Notes under the pieces: generated by a model
What the model saw: the letters and a program-made list of their open reading frames with translations, nothing else
Told to the model about the DNA's origin: nothing
Database searches by the model: none
Shown here: positions 25,466 to 37,809 of the stretch, piece after piece
Layout of the letters: each line of letters opens with the position of its first letter
Position numbering within the stretch: position 1 is the first letter of the stretch
Translations under genes and position numbers: made by a program
Assembly (NCBI RefSeq): GCF_026210795.1
Contig: NC_089431.1
Span: 1,860,001-1,924,000 of the forward strand
From: Rhizophagus irregularis
Lineage: Eukaryota
Length of the DNA: 64,000 nt
Direction of reading: 5' to 3'

Positions 25466-28084
25466 GATTATGTGGTTTATTTATATATATATATATATAT
25501 TAATATTATTATTATTATTTATTTGTACTATGTAATAAAAATATGATATTATATAAATAAATATGATATAATAATTCCATTGCTATTTATTAAGAAAGTG
25601 GGCATAATACTGGAGTTGATATTATAATTCATTATCGTCCAATTTTTCGTGCAATTCAAGCTCTTATTCAACGGCCAAAAGTCGCCAAAGATTTTGTTTA
25701 AACAAAGGGAACACAAAATTTTCTAGGGTAGCAGAAATTTATGAAGGAAATTGGTGGTCATGACGTGTAAAAATGTAATTATTGAATCAACAATCTATAT
25801 ATAAATTGCTTATTACTAGATAGTTTTTGCACAAAGTAGTTGTCAGTACGAGCTAATGACACAAGTTAAACTGAAATACATATCAACATAAGTTTTGAGG
25901 AAGGTGAGGGAGGATCTTTATCTGCGAATTGCTGGAAAACTACAAGGAGAATTATGGATCATTCATTCACTCTTTCGTATAAGGCGTAGAGAAATAACAA
26001 TTAAGTTTAGACTGTGGCAACCAAGATGTTTCACGTTTTCTTTAAAAAGGTAATTATGCAATTATTTATTTTTATACGTCAATAATGTCAGTAAACTTGC
26101 AGATCCTGGTTCAGAGAAACATTTATTGGCGTTACTTAGTCCAACCACTAAAGTGATCCTCAAAAATGATTCGTCTACTGATTTTTAAGTAGTTAGATCA
26201 TAGAAGATCGACCCGAGAATTAAGGTGAAAATAAATCATAAAGATTTTTGGTTAACTAATGATATTTGGCGACTAGACTAAATCGTCCAAATTTGATGGC
26301 TTTAGCGGTTTAAAAGTTGTCAAGAAGTCCAAACCTTGTCAAAAGAATTATTTATTAAATGTATACATATACGGTATTAAAACTACGTAGTTCATGTGAC
26401 TATACAATAAAGCTTTCTAGAATAATCAAAAAAAGATTCTAATATAAAAACTTGTTAATCTACTTACTGCTACTATCAGTCTCCAGTTTTGTGATTTGTA
26501 TCATGTGACTTTCCCGCGAGTCTTCTTTCTTCTGCTTCTTGGAATTCGAATTTTTGCTCTTGAACCGTGAGAGTTCTATCAATTCCGTCTGGCCTGATTT
26601 TACCCTTTTGTGGCTACGATGTTGTAACTTGAAAATCCATACTCTTTTTCATCTGTTTTAAGCGCCTTAATTTACAATACTATCAAATTTAGTATTTCCA
26701 ATTTTAAAATAAATAGACTAAATACCACACTTTGATTTATTTATTTTTTTTTTAAAAAAAAAAGATAAGATAAACTCAAAAAAGAGCCAAGAAAAAAAAT
26801 TTCCATTATGATAATTTGATTGATATTATCTGAATTCAATCACTCAATGGATCAAACAAAGAAATAATTTTACACCCCCACAAATCGTTAATAATAACAA
26901 CTTTCAACACAATTCAATTAATAACGTTAATAATGTAGAAATTTCTAATACAAATCTTGCGCCTCAAAATACTAAAAAATCTATTATGTTACGTATACAA
27001 CTTTTGAATAATATAATTGATTTATCTCACATTCCTAATGATCAGTTTCCACATCTGTAATATTCAATCTTTAATTAATCAATTAAGCAATTTCAACCTG
27101 TTAATTCTTAAAATAACAACAACAATCTTTTGATAACATGCCCCAAGTATATTCAAATGATAACGATTCAATCGAAAATATTCTTGATCATATGCAAGAT
27201 ACAAGTTGATGAAAGTTCTACTATGTTAAACCCCTCCAAACAGTCATGTGAATCGTCAATCACCTTAAAACAAATAATTAGAAGTAATTTAATATAATAT
27301 TGATTAATTGATAAAACAAATTACCCTATAGAGCAATAATTTTTATGTTCTATTTATATATATATATATATATAAAGAGATCATAATTATGAATAATTAA
27401 ATGACTCTAAAAAATTATAATTTAGATGTTAGATATGTAAATTTGATAACTTTTATATTACATAAAATATCTAAACACATTCATTAAATAAAATAAATCG
27501 ATAGAAATGTGCAATGCATGTTCTTTGTCATTTTATCGATTTAATTTCTTCTTTTTACTATTTATTTTACAATTTATAAAAGTTTGAAGATTCACCGATT
27601 TATATAAATTTTTATTTTAAAAATATAATGTTGTTCAGCGCGAAAGAACAAATTAAAGAGTCCTACGCGCTAAATCTAAGATGCCATGATTGTTTTAACG
27701 TATATTATACACGTGATCGTTAGATACAGTATGTCCATACTTCTATGTGAGAATGCATATTTTAAATTTAAAAATTATTCTTAAAATTAAAATACTTGCC
27801 CATTTCTGTCATTCTTTTCACGTTCACTTGTAATCTACACCTACCAATTTCTGTTATTTCGTTCACGATCACTTGCAAGACGCACTTCACGATTATTTCC
27901 CTTTCAATATTTAGAATTCGTAATTTGAGCTGGTTTATTATTAATATTAATTTATCGAATATATTAATTTATAGAACAAATCGAACGTTCTTGCTTAAAT
28001 TTATGTATGAGAAATAACTATTCATATATATATATAATTTTATTTTTACAATATAATTCTGTTAACCCTTGCCTTGTCTTCGTG

Positions 28085-28203
28085 GCAAAAATTATCTTTT
28101 TGATTCCTGTATAACATCCTTGTTTGACCCACCTATATGTAATACAGTACATGCGCGTGGGTCAAAAAAATAACACGAGGAGAGTCAAAAAGGTAATTTT
28201 TGC
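28085..28203. mobile_element. 119-bp foldback MITE, Mutator (MULE)-like
   Basis: TIRs GCAAAAATTATCTTTTTGATTC / GAGTCAAAAAGGTAATTTTTGC and a perfect 9-bp TSD GTCTTCGTG (28076-28084, 28204-28212). Confidence 0.85.
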
Positions 28204-28262
28204 GTCTTCGTGTTGCTTGTCACGTGTGCTAATTATGTAGCATTGCAGTGATTGCACCTGAT

Positions 28263-28661
28263 CAGAGACCCGGATTTATTCCGATATTAAATCGCAAATT
28301 TTTATCACGATAACGAAAAAAATTCCGATTTTATTCCGATAAACAATTACCAATTATAGTAAGAAACATTTGATAATTCTAGCCGGCCTATATATTAATG
28401 CAGGCCAACTTAGGTTGCGCTAGTGACACGACAATAATTTTTAGTCAAAAACTGTATAGATATTGCAAAATTGCAAAAATCACATTTTTTAGTTAGACTT
28501 CTATCACGATATAGTCAATAAAATATGCAATAATGATTGGCTAGTTGTCACGTGCCGGAATAAAATTGTTAAAAATCATAAAAATTCCGTTTTATTCCAT
28601 AATACAGCAAAAATTCTGATTTATTCATTTATTATAAAAATGGAATTTTCCCGGGTCTCTG
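28263..28661. mobile_element. 399-bp non-autonomous hAT element
   Basis: TIRs CAGAGACCCGG / CCGGGTCTCTG, a perfect 8-bp TSD CACCTGAT (28255-28262, 28662-28669) and subterminal ATTCCG repeats. Confidence 0.9.
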
Positions 28662-28779
28662 CACCTGATCTTCCGCGATTTTTATTGATATTTTCAAAAT
28701 TTTTAATAATTTTTTACGCATTATTGAAATTGTAAATATCTTGAACACATTAATATAGTTTTTTTGTTGATACTGAATG

Positions 28780-28957
28780 ATCACCGTTTTCAAAATAATG
28801 TACGCAGTTAAATTTGAATAAAAAAAAAGAAAACCGAAAACTGGACGAAAACCGGACGAAATATGGGACAATAAAAAAAGGATGAAAACCGGGCGAATAT
28901 TGGTATTCGAATATACAATCACAAATAAACTGCGTACACCATTTTGAAAACGGCGAT
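28780..28957. mobile_element. ~178-bp MITE
   Basis: 30-bp imperfect TIRs ATCACCGTTTTCAAAATAATGTACGCAGTT / AACTGCGTACACCATTTTGAAAACGGCGAT, with internal AAACCGG/AAACTGG repeats. No clear TSD. Confidence 0.65.
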
Positions 28958-29504
28958 AAGCGTTTTAGTAATGGTTTGATTTATTTTTTAAATTGACCCC
29001 ACAAAAAAAAAATAATAAATAAAATAAAATATTTCAAAAATTTAAAATTTTAAAAAAATCTCACTATGCAAAAACCTCATTATCTGACAGTGGAAATAAA
29101 AATATTCAAACTTTTGATGGAAATGCTGCTGTTATATTTAACAGAAGATTCATTTATAGGAAAGATTTCATAAGTGTATTAAATTTTGTTAATTTGTGGC
29201 AAATTGGAATTTTATATTCTTCATTAAAAATAAACAAATGTGCCAAGAAAATTTATATTTATTAAAATTTTAATGTTTTGTAGATATAAAAATAAAATAA
29301 AATCTTAAATTATTTAAATTTAGCATAAATGTGATAGTGAATTAGCAGGATTAGAAATATCTTAATAAATTATTTAAATAAAACCAAAAAATCACTTATT
29401 TCTGTAGTTTCAAAATAATATTATAAAACGTGTAAAAAAAATTATCCAAAATAACTAAATTTAATCTTAACTTGAATCAAATCATAAAAAAATAGACTAT
29501 TCGA

Positions 29505-30305
29505 TCAATATTCATAATGGCCTTCAACTACCGCAGAAAATAGCGAAACAGATTCGTCAAAATAAGTTTCTAAATCTTCGAGCATCGTAGATGATGACGA
29601 GGTTGTTGGATTATAATAAAATAATTCTCCATTTGTGGGATTAGCTGGTGTAGATAATAACGAGGTTATTGGATTATAATAAAATAATTCTCCATTATAA
29701 CTAACTGATGTAGTGTCAAAATTATAGAAAGAATAATCGTAGTTGAAGCATTGAGAAGTAGGGATGTAATTATAGACCTCTAAAGTTGAGGGATGTTGCG
29801 CATAGTGAGATGTCATGTGGTTTGTAGATGAAGACGACCAATGATCATGTAAAATGCCGTGTGTTGTTGTAGATCTATCGATAGGACCACTGATAGATTT
29901 ATCAGGCTTATCATTAGATTTTCGTTTGGTAGATCTTTTGGGTCGATAAACATAGTCAGGATAATCTTGCGCATGCTTTAGTTTCTCTTTATCCGCAAGT
30001 ATTGCCCATCGTAATTTTTCTCTTTCATCTTCATTTCGCCACATTTGACCAATTATTTTTGATGCTTCTGAAAGGGATATTTTTTTATTTTCTATGAGAA
30101 TATTATTTAATTTTACCCTACGGTACAAAATGAATGAATTTGGTGGTCGAGGAATTTTTTTTTGTTTTTTTATTCGTTTCTTAGACTTATTGGTAAGTAT
30201 TGTGGATTCTTTTTGTGCAGAACAAGGTTTTAAGCTATCTTCATAAGGTAGTTGATCCGGTTCGAATATATCGAACATAAAAAGATGACAATTCTTTTTT
30301 TCCAT
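29505..30305 (-). CDS. MATA-type HMG-box transcription factor, 266 aa
   Basis: KIPRPPNSFILYR...SKIIGQMWRNE...KHAQDYPDYVYRPKR in an intronless ORF with a Ser/Thr/Tyr-rich tail. Confidence 0.9.
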   Translation of the reverse strand: MEKKNCHLFMFDIFEPDQLPYEDSLKPCSAQKESTILTNKSKKRIKKQKKIPRPPNSFILYRRVKLNNILIENKKISLSEASKIIGQMWRNEDEREKLRWAILADKEKLKHAQDYPDYVYRPKRSTKRKSNDKPDKSISGPIDRSTTTHGILHDHWSSSSTNHMTSHYAQHPSTLEVYNYIPTSQCFNYDYSFYNFDTTSVSYNGELFYYNPITSLLSTPANPTNGELFYYNPTTSSSSTMLEDLETYFDESVSLFSAVVEGHYEY

Positions 30306-31876
30306 TCTTAATTGAAAGTTAATGTGATTATGATAATAACAATAATGATAATGATAATGTTGCTTTATATGAAATAATTTATGATTTTTATATTGAATAA
30401 AAAATTTTTATTGAAATTTTTAGACAAAAAAAATATCGCTCTTTTATAACTAAAATTCTTTCTTTCTTTCACGTGAAACTTCCAATGAATTATAACATGG
30501 TAAAGCAACTAAATATATAAATATATATACATATGTTATAAAGAATATATATTAATTTTATATTAATTCTTACTTTTATTGAAAAGTAAACGGGACAATT
30601 GATGTTGAAATGTTTTAATCTCGTTGATCGAAGATCATCTGTTCTAATGTGATATGTGTATGCATAGTAAATTTTGTTTTCCTCACGAGGCATATTTTTT
30701 TTAATAAAAAAAACAATGGAAAAAAAAAAGGAATTAGAATTAATAATCACTTTGGGTTTTTAATACACCATAATATTACTGTTAATATTAATATAATGTG
30801 TAAAATTGCATAAATGAATGTTCAAACGGTAATATATTTTACCTAAAAAGCAAAGAATATTTTGCCCAAAAACAAAGAAATTCAATGATCTGACAAAATA
30901 TTATGCGCAATATAACATAATTGACAATCGTAGATTCCATAAACCGATAAGCTGCTATCCCGAATTAGTTAATAGATTGCTTCTTTTAGCGAACAGGTAT
31001 AGATATCATCTATATACTGTATATATAATCCTTAACTATTACCACGGCTTAACGCTAACCAATTTAAGCATAATACTAATTATTAAACCCCTGCATCAGG
31101 AATATTTCTTTTTCATAAATTTTTTTCTTTGGCATTAATGAACCTAATTTTGTAAAGTAATGGATATTTAGATTATCATATTGCAAAAATTGTTTATGCG
31201 ATCATTGTAATCCAAAATTGTAAGACAAAAAGTAATTATTTTACGGTTATTTGTTCGCTTATGTATGCATGTGCTTTTCATATTTTGGATCGATAATTTG
31301 TAAGATTGTTCAGCGATATGTCTTGCTCATTATAATTAACTTATATTTGTTAAAATGAACCAAATTCCAATGATGAAATGAAATGTCTAAACATTATTAA
31401 TTATAAATAAAAACAAATATGCACTAATAAATTAACCAATAATCGTGAAAAGTTTTTTTCATATACGATGAATTCTTTCTGATAATTTTTTCGGGAAAAT
31501 GAAAAAAATACTATTTTGAATACTTTTAGAATTGAAATTCTTGCAATTTTATCTAATGGACGTATATACAATATTAGAAGTTGAATTATTCATAAAATAT
31601 GGAACTACTATTTGACTCTTACCGAAAATAAAAAAAAATAATTTCTATAATATTTCTTTTTTCGTTTTGTTTTTCCTTTTTCCATTGTGTTACACAGGAT
31701 AAATAATCGTGTAGATCAGGAGAATTTCCCTGTATAGCTAATAGTATACTTTTTAGGACGTACTTCATTTATATCATTCGATTAGTATTATTTATTTCAT
31801 GGGGAGTTGGAAATAATAGGGTTTTTTTCCCGAAGGGAAAAAAGCCCTATTGTTTTCCTTCCCAGGAAATAAATGG

Positions 31877-32083
31877 GTAATCCCCTGGAGCGTGTCACTC
31901 ATTAAATATTAACTATTTTAACTATTTTAAACTAAAATTAGTAATTTTCCGGCTATCTATATGAGACCGGGAAATAACTAAACGAAGATTCCCGGTTATT
32001 TATAAACTCAACTAATCACTCGCAATTTTTAAAAATTAGTATGAAGGTGATCATGAGTGACACTTAGTGCGACAGGGGATTAC
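31877..32083. mobile_element. ~207-bp MITE-like inverted-repeat element
   Basis: Terminal inverted repeats GTAATCCCCTG..GTGTCACTC and GAGTGACAC..CAGGGGATTAC, with internal inverted CCGG blocks. Confidence 0.55.
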
Positions 32084-32802
32084 TATTTAAAAATCCAGAT
32101 ATTGTTTGTCAAAACAAGTTTATTTTTGATATTGTTCCGATACTGAAAGAGATTATGATGATGCTCTTCTGAGTCCAAATAAAATTTTGCCGTCCCAAAT
32201 CACCCTTACTATACCGAATTTTTTAATTATAAATTCGCTATAAAAGGAGTATTTTAAATTGGTACTAACTATAACGGATTAGAATTTATTTGAAACAATA
32301 ATTTACTATCATTATCTGGTAATGAATTGTCATATTATTGACAAGTAATTATAAAATTCTTCTCCGATGCAACTTGCTCATTATAATTTTATTATAATTA
32401 CAATATATTAAATTTTTTTAGAATAAAATAAAACATATGAATATCATCAAAATATTATTTTTTCTTTTTCTAAAGTGTCACAAATAAAAATAAATATGCA
32501 TTAATAAATTAAACTCATATGACATTTTAAGGTTTGTTATTCCGGGAATAGATTTTTTGAACTGAATCTCTAGGTTATACAATGCTTATAAAAACGAAAC
32601 CATTGTTTGATTCTTTATCAAAGTAAAGAAAAAAAAGGTTTTCTATAATTGTTCTTTTTTCCTTTTTATTTTTTTTCCTTTTTTGTGTTTCACATTTATA
32701 TCATTCAACTATTATTTAATCTAATTGGTTAATTTGTTCCTTCTAAGTTCAGCACTAAATACGTAATTTAAACTACGTTATATGTACTGTATATTTTCGA
32801 TG

Positions 32803-34360
32803 TTTTATTGCATGCATTACGTATGTACAGTTATCGAGAAACAAATTAACTTAAATTTAATCTCATAACAAGATAACAATTTACGTATACAGATTTGATG
32901 CTGTCATTGGATCCTGATTTTTTTTTTTGAATAAAATTTGTTTTTTCACATTTTTATTGCATGCATTAGTTTATATCAAGAAACAAATTAATTTCAAAAT
33001 TTAATCTCATAACAAGATAACAATTTACGTATACAGATTTGACACTGACATTGCCATTTTTTTTTGTATAATAATTTGTTTTTTTCACATTTTTATTGCA
33101 TGCATTACGTATGTACGGTTATCGAGAAACAAATTAACTTAGATTTAATCTCATAACATACGTATACAGATTTGATGCTGTCATTGGATCCTGATTTTTT
33201 TTTTTGTATAAAATTTGTTTTTTCACATTTTTATTGCATGCATTAGTTTATATCAAGAAACAAATTAATTTCAAAGTTTAATCTCATAACAAGAAAACTA
33301 TTTACATATACAGATTTGACGCTGTCATTGGATCCTGATTTTTTTTTTTTGTATAAAATTTGTTTTTTCACATTTTTAATGCATGCATTAGTTTATATCA
33401 AAAAACAAATTAATTTCAAAATTTAATCTCATAACAAGAAAACTATTTACGTATACAGATTTGACGTTGACATTGCCATTTTTTTTTTGTATAAAAATTT
33501 GTTTTTTTACATTTTTATTGCATGCATTACGTATGTACGGTTATCGAGAAACAAATTAACAATTCAAATTTTAATCTCATAACAAGATAACAATTTACGT
33601 ATATAGATTTGACGCTGTCATTGGATCCTGATTTTTTTTTTATAAAATTTGTTTTTTCATATTTTTTATTGCACGTATTACACATGTTCGATTATCAAAA
33701 AACAAATTAATTTCAAATTTTAATCTCATAACAAGAAAACAATTTACGTGTACTGATTTGACGCTGCCATTGGCATTTTTTTTTGTATAAAAATTTGTTT
33801 TTTTTCACATTTTTATTGCATGCATTACGTATGTACGATTATCAATAAACAAATTAACTTCAAAACAAGACAATTTACGTATACAGATTTGACGCTGACA
33901 TTGCCATTTTTTTTTTTGTATAAAATTTGTTTTTTTCACATTTTTATTGCATGCATTACGCATATACGGTTATCAATAAACAAATTAACTTCAAAATTTA
34001 ATCTCATAACGTTACGTATATAGATTTTGCGCTGACATTGGATCTTGCATTTTGTTTTTGTATGAAATTTATTTTTTCACATTTTTATTGCATTGCATTA
34101 TGCATGTACGATTATCAACAAATTAATTTCAAAATTTAATCTCATAACAAGATAACAATTTACATATACAGATTTGACGCTTTCATTGGATCCTGCATTT
34201 TTTTTGTTTAAAATTTGTTTTTTTTCACATTTTTATTGCATGCATTATGCAAGAAACAAATTTCAAAATTGAATCTCATAACAAGATAACAACTTACGTA
34301 TACAGATTTGACGCTGACATTGGATCCTGCATTTTTCTTTTTTGTATGAAATTTATTTTT
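32803..34360. repeat. Tandem satellite, ~11 units of ~131-150 bp
   Basis: The unit TTTATTGCATGCATTA...AAACAAATTAA...AATCTCATAACAAG...TACAGATTTGA(C/T)GCTG..ATTG...polyT recurs at ~32809, 32958, 33098, 33236, 33381, 33520, 33670, 33818, 33949, 34090 and 34238. Confidence 0.95.
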
Positions 34361-35589
34361 TTAGCACAATACAGTTTTGTGTGAGAAATTTCCGCATGAC
34401 TGTATAATCTTGAATTGTTTTTCTAAATTCGTATTAATTTCTTGTATAAATGTTTATGTTTACTATTATAGAAAGTATAGAAATGAAGATTAATAAAAAA
34501 AATTAACACTTTTGATTTAATATATTTCTTTACACGTTTTCCAAAAACAAAAAAAGCATTTGCAATAAAGAATCTAATTATAGAGAAAATAGTAAAGTCA
34601 GTCCTGACTTTAACTTTCTGAAGATCGGTATATTAATATTTAATAATGTACTTATGCTTAGTCTTCCTTCTAAAACTTCGAAGTCAACAAAAAAACTACA
34701 GCTTGTAAAAAAAGGTCAAGAAGGATTAGAAAGATTCGTAGAAATTAAATATGCTGAAGATGCTATAGGTTTTTTAGAATGAACTAAATTGAAAAAACTA
34801 TTACAATAAATAAACTTAGTGATCATACTGTGTATGGCATAACTTCCACAATTATATTTTTGGAATTTTTACACAAAGACAATTATACAAAAAAAAATTT
34901 TTTTTTATACTTAGGACAAACAGTATGCCCCAGGGAACACCAAATAATTTCAACATAGATCTATGGGAGATTCAACAACGAATCTGGTGAGTGTTGCTCA
35001 TACATTGCTGTTACATTATTATTGATAATTCCTAATTTTTTTTCTTCTTCCAGGAATAAATTACCAGCAGTCATAGTATGTTTTATATATAGCATTTGAA
35101 AATTCTATAATTCCGACATCATCAATCAACTTAAATCGCAATAATATCTATAGTGCAGGATCTTTTATAACAAAGTGGAAAATCAAGACTTTATTATTGA
35201 GAACTTTGTGGAAAAATTTGCTATACTGCGGCTAACAAAAAAATTCATGTAAAAAAATGTAAAATGTAAAATTTGTTGGTAATAATAATACGTTAAAGAA
35301 TAAAATAATAAAATGAGAGACAACTTGCGTCACATGATTATTACTATCTGTGATTGAAATGTCAACTCGCCAAAATTTTTATGACCCCATTACTTAAATT
35401 ATTTGACCCTCTTCAGTGGTCCTGTGAGTTTTTAGTATACGAGTTACATGAATGAATAAAAAAGTGCCGAGAAAAATTCCCTTGTGGCCGTATCATGTGA
35501 TATACGTGATCTTTTTTAATACGGATATCCGATGTTGACTGAAAAAATTAAAATATCTCTTTGAGATCAATGTATTATAAGGTTATTGA

Positions 35590-36100
35590 TTACAAGAGAG
35601 CGAAACTTTTAGATGCTTGATCAACGAACTCCTTAATTTTTTGTATCCTTTCTGGAATAACAATTTCCGGTTTTTGGTCATACCATACCTCAAGAAGAAT
35701 GATTCCACTATCCAGATTATCCAGACAAATGCATCTTTTTTGCCAATCACGAACATCCTTATACCAGCTAGTGCTATGAAGCCGATGCTGAGCCCCTTGC
35801 ACCTTCAATTGCAATTCGATATTTTTGGAAGCATAAAGCTCTAATCCTTGCATGAAAGAGGGGCGATACTCAATTATCGGCTCCTCATGAAGAATTTCCT
35901 TAGCTATCTGGATGCATCTAGTCTGAAATGTGCGGGTTTTCTCAATTCTCTTTCTGCCCAAGCCTGTTCTAGTTTATAATTCTTTCCAAGAGTTGAGTTC
36001 AGCATGTTCCTGCCTCGCCTGCGTGTTTGCAACCTCAAGCTCAGTGATTGCGCTGTCTCAATACTTCAAGCTCGGATGGGTTAGAATTGCTAACTGACAT
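35590..36100 (-). pseudogene. Frameshifted Vsr/DUF559-like PD-(D/E)xK endonuclease-type gene
   Basis: Read across frameshifts and stops: MSVSNSNPSELEVLRQR..EYRPSFMQGLEL..YRIAIE.QGAQH..RDWQKRCIC..GIILLEVWY. Confidence 0.65.
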
Positions 36101-36314
36101 GATTGATTATGTTTTACACAAGATATAAAATATTCAAAAGTCCGTTAGTATATATAGAAGACATGACATAAACAATTAGGTTATGCATTCTGATGTATTT
36201 TTTGCCAAGAAAAAATTTTATTCAAAGTTATGTTGTGAATTTAAAAGACTTGCTTTATTAATACATAAACAAAAAATAAATACAAAAATTTGATGTCTAT
36301 GCTAGTATACACAA

Positions 36315-37640
36315 TTACTCTTGTTTTTCGAAATTCATTGCCGGCTCCTTCTCAACATCCACCCTATCCTTCAATAACCCAACAATGACTTCACATTTTT
36401 ATGCAACTCTTTTTCTTCCCCCGAACTTCCTTCAAAGCAGACTCGGAAAACCGAATATTAAGGGGTCCTTATTCGTACATGAAATTCCATTAGAAGTAAA
36501 TAAGATAAAATACCATTCCGTGGCTGTTGTAACGATTCCGTAGATATAGTCGAAATCATCCCCAAACGCTTCACCCGACTTACGTTTTCTCTTATTTTTT
36601 ATTCACCTGTAATGCACTTTCACATTGGACCAGGTTCTGAGCGATAAACATTGGTCAAAGATCTATAAGATCTCTCGCTCAATAAACATTGGTCAAGGAT
36701 CTGAAAGATCGCTTACCCAACGAACATTGGTCAAGGATCTGAAAGATCTCTTACCCAACGAACATTGGCCAGTTAAACCAGTTATGATGGTTGTGTATGA
36801 AACAAATAAGAATATTATAAATATCAACAGGCTAAGAAGATTGATGACTGCGAATAAGTTGGTTTGGCGAATTAATAGGACGAGATTTTGTGAGATTGTT
36901 ATGAGGTTAAGTTTGAGGAAGTTTTGAGGTTCATGAAACCCATAACCACTTAATGTAGCTTCCCTTCCGTGATGCAAATAAGTTCCTCGAGGCCTTGATT
37001 GCGTAATCAACTCGACCAGTATTTTCTTCGCCAACATCTTCGAGCCGAGGAGTTAAGGTAAGCTCTTTATCAGTTATTCTTTTGACAATATAGAGCGAGG
37101 CATGAAGAATGGCCGAAATATATTCACACCGCATGGCTTCTTTGCTATCGGCAAGTAAAGTTCCCATATTTCCCAACCTGCGCTTTATTTCCTTTACACA
37201 TTTTTGCAACTCCTCATCTTAATCTTTGAGTAGGTATGTTTCTTAGAACGCAGAATAAAAAAAAAAGTTAGCAAACACACTCACATAATAGCTCATAACT
37301 AATGTTCGTTGTTAATAAGCAAGACTTACTTGGTGGAATTGGCGGATTGTGCCTATCCCAATACCATCAACTCCATATTTCGCTAACACCTCTTTCAAGT
37401 CTTTCTGGTCTTGTACGAGGAAAACGCACGCTTCTTTTTATCCTTACACTCCTTAGCAAAAAATCCACAAGATCTGATGCAGGTCCACCTTTCATGCCAT
37501 AACTTCTAAGCTCTTCTTTGGTTATCTTGAGGAAGGTACGTCCACTAATTCTCTCATTCCCGATTATATCAAAATCCTCTTAAGTCTTCCTATCCCCGCA
37601 AAAACGAGATAAGTTCTTCCGTATTATATTTTTTATGTCT
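36315..37640 (-). pseudogene. SAM-like N-terminus + PD-(D/E)xK nuclease-like protein (Crinkler-like architecture), disrupted by stops, frameshifts and an insertion
   Basis: KKYNTEELISFL..ERISGRTFLKITKEELRSYGMKGGPA (SAM-like), then GRVDYAIK..EELICITEGK..GF[insert]AQNLVQCESAL..YIYGIVTTATEWYF. Confidence 0.7.
36643..36934. mobile_element. ~290-bp insertion containing ~3 tandem 38-39-bp repeats
   Basis: It splits the host codons GGT TTC | GCT CAG. The repeat is AACATTGGTCAAGGATCTGAAAGATC(G/T)CTTACCCAACG at 36646-36768, and GA occurs at both junctions. Confidence 0.6.
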
Positions 37641-37809
37641 GAAAACTAACACACCCGACGAAGTTAGCGTTTTTATATGGTTATATGGCTCGGATAAAAA
37701 ATGTGTTACGTTCCGGACCGAAAAAATTTATTTTGGAGCGTTAATATATTATGTTTTTATGTCGCAGTCGCACAGGCATTGCATCATTACACGTGACTCG
37801 CTTTCTCAT

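Noticed and set aside
26807..27300. Asn-rich coding-like stretch
   Set aside because: Interrupted by stops in all frames with no recognisable domain. Possibly a pseudogene but not supportable.
29505..30305. HMG gene as a mating-type (sexM/sexP-like) locus
   Set aside because: No flanking triose-phosphate transporter or RNA helicase. MATA-HMG genes are highly multicopy in AM fungi, whose proposed MAT locus is homeodomain-based.
36646..36768. CRISPR-like 38-39-bp repeats
   Set aside because: The repeats are contiguous with no unique spacers, there are no cas genes, and the context is eukaryotic.
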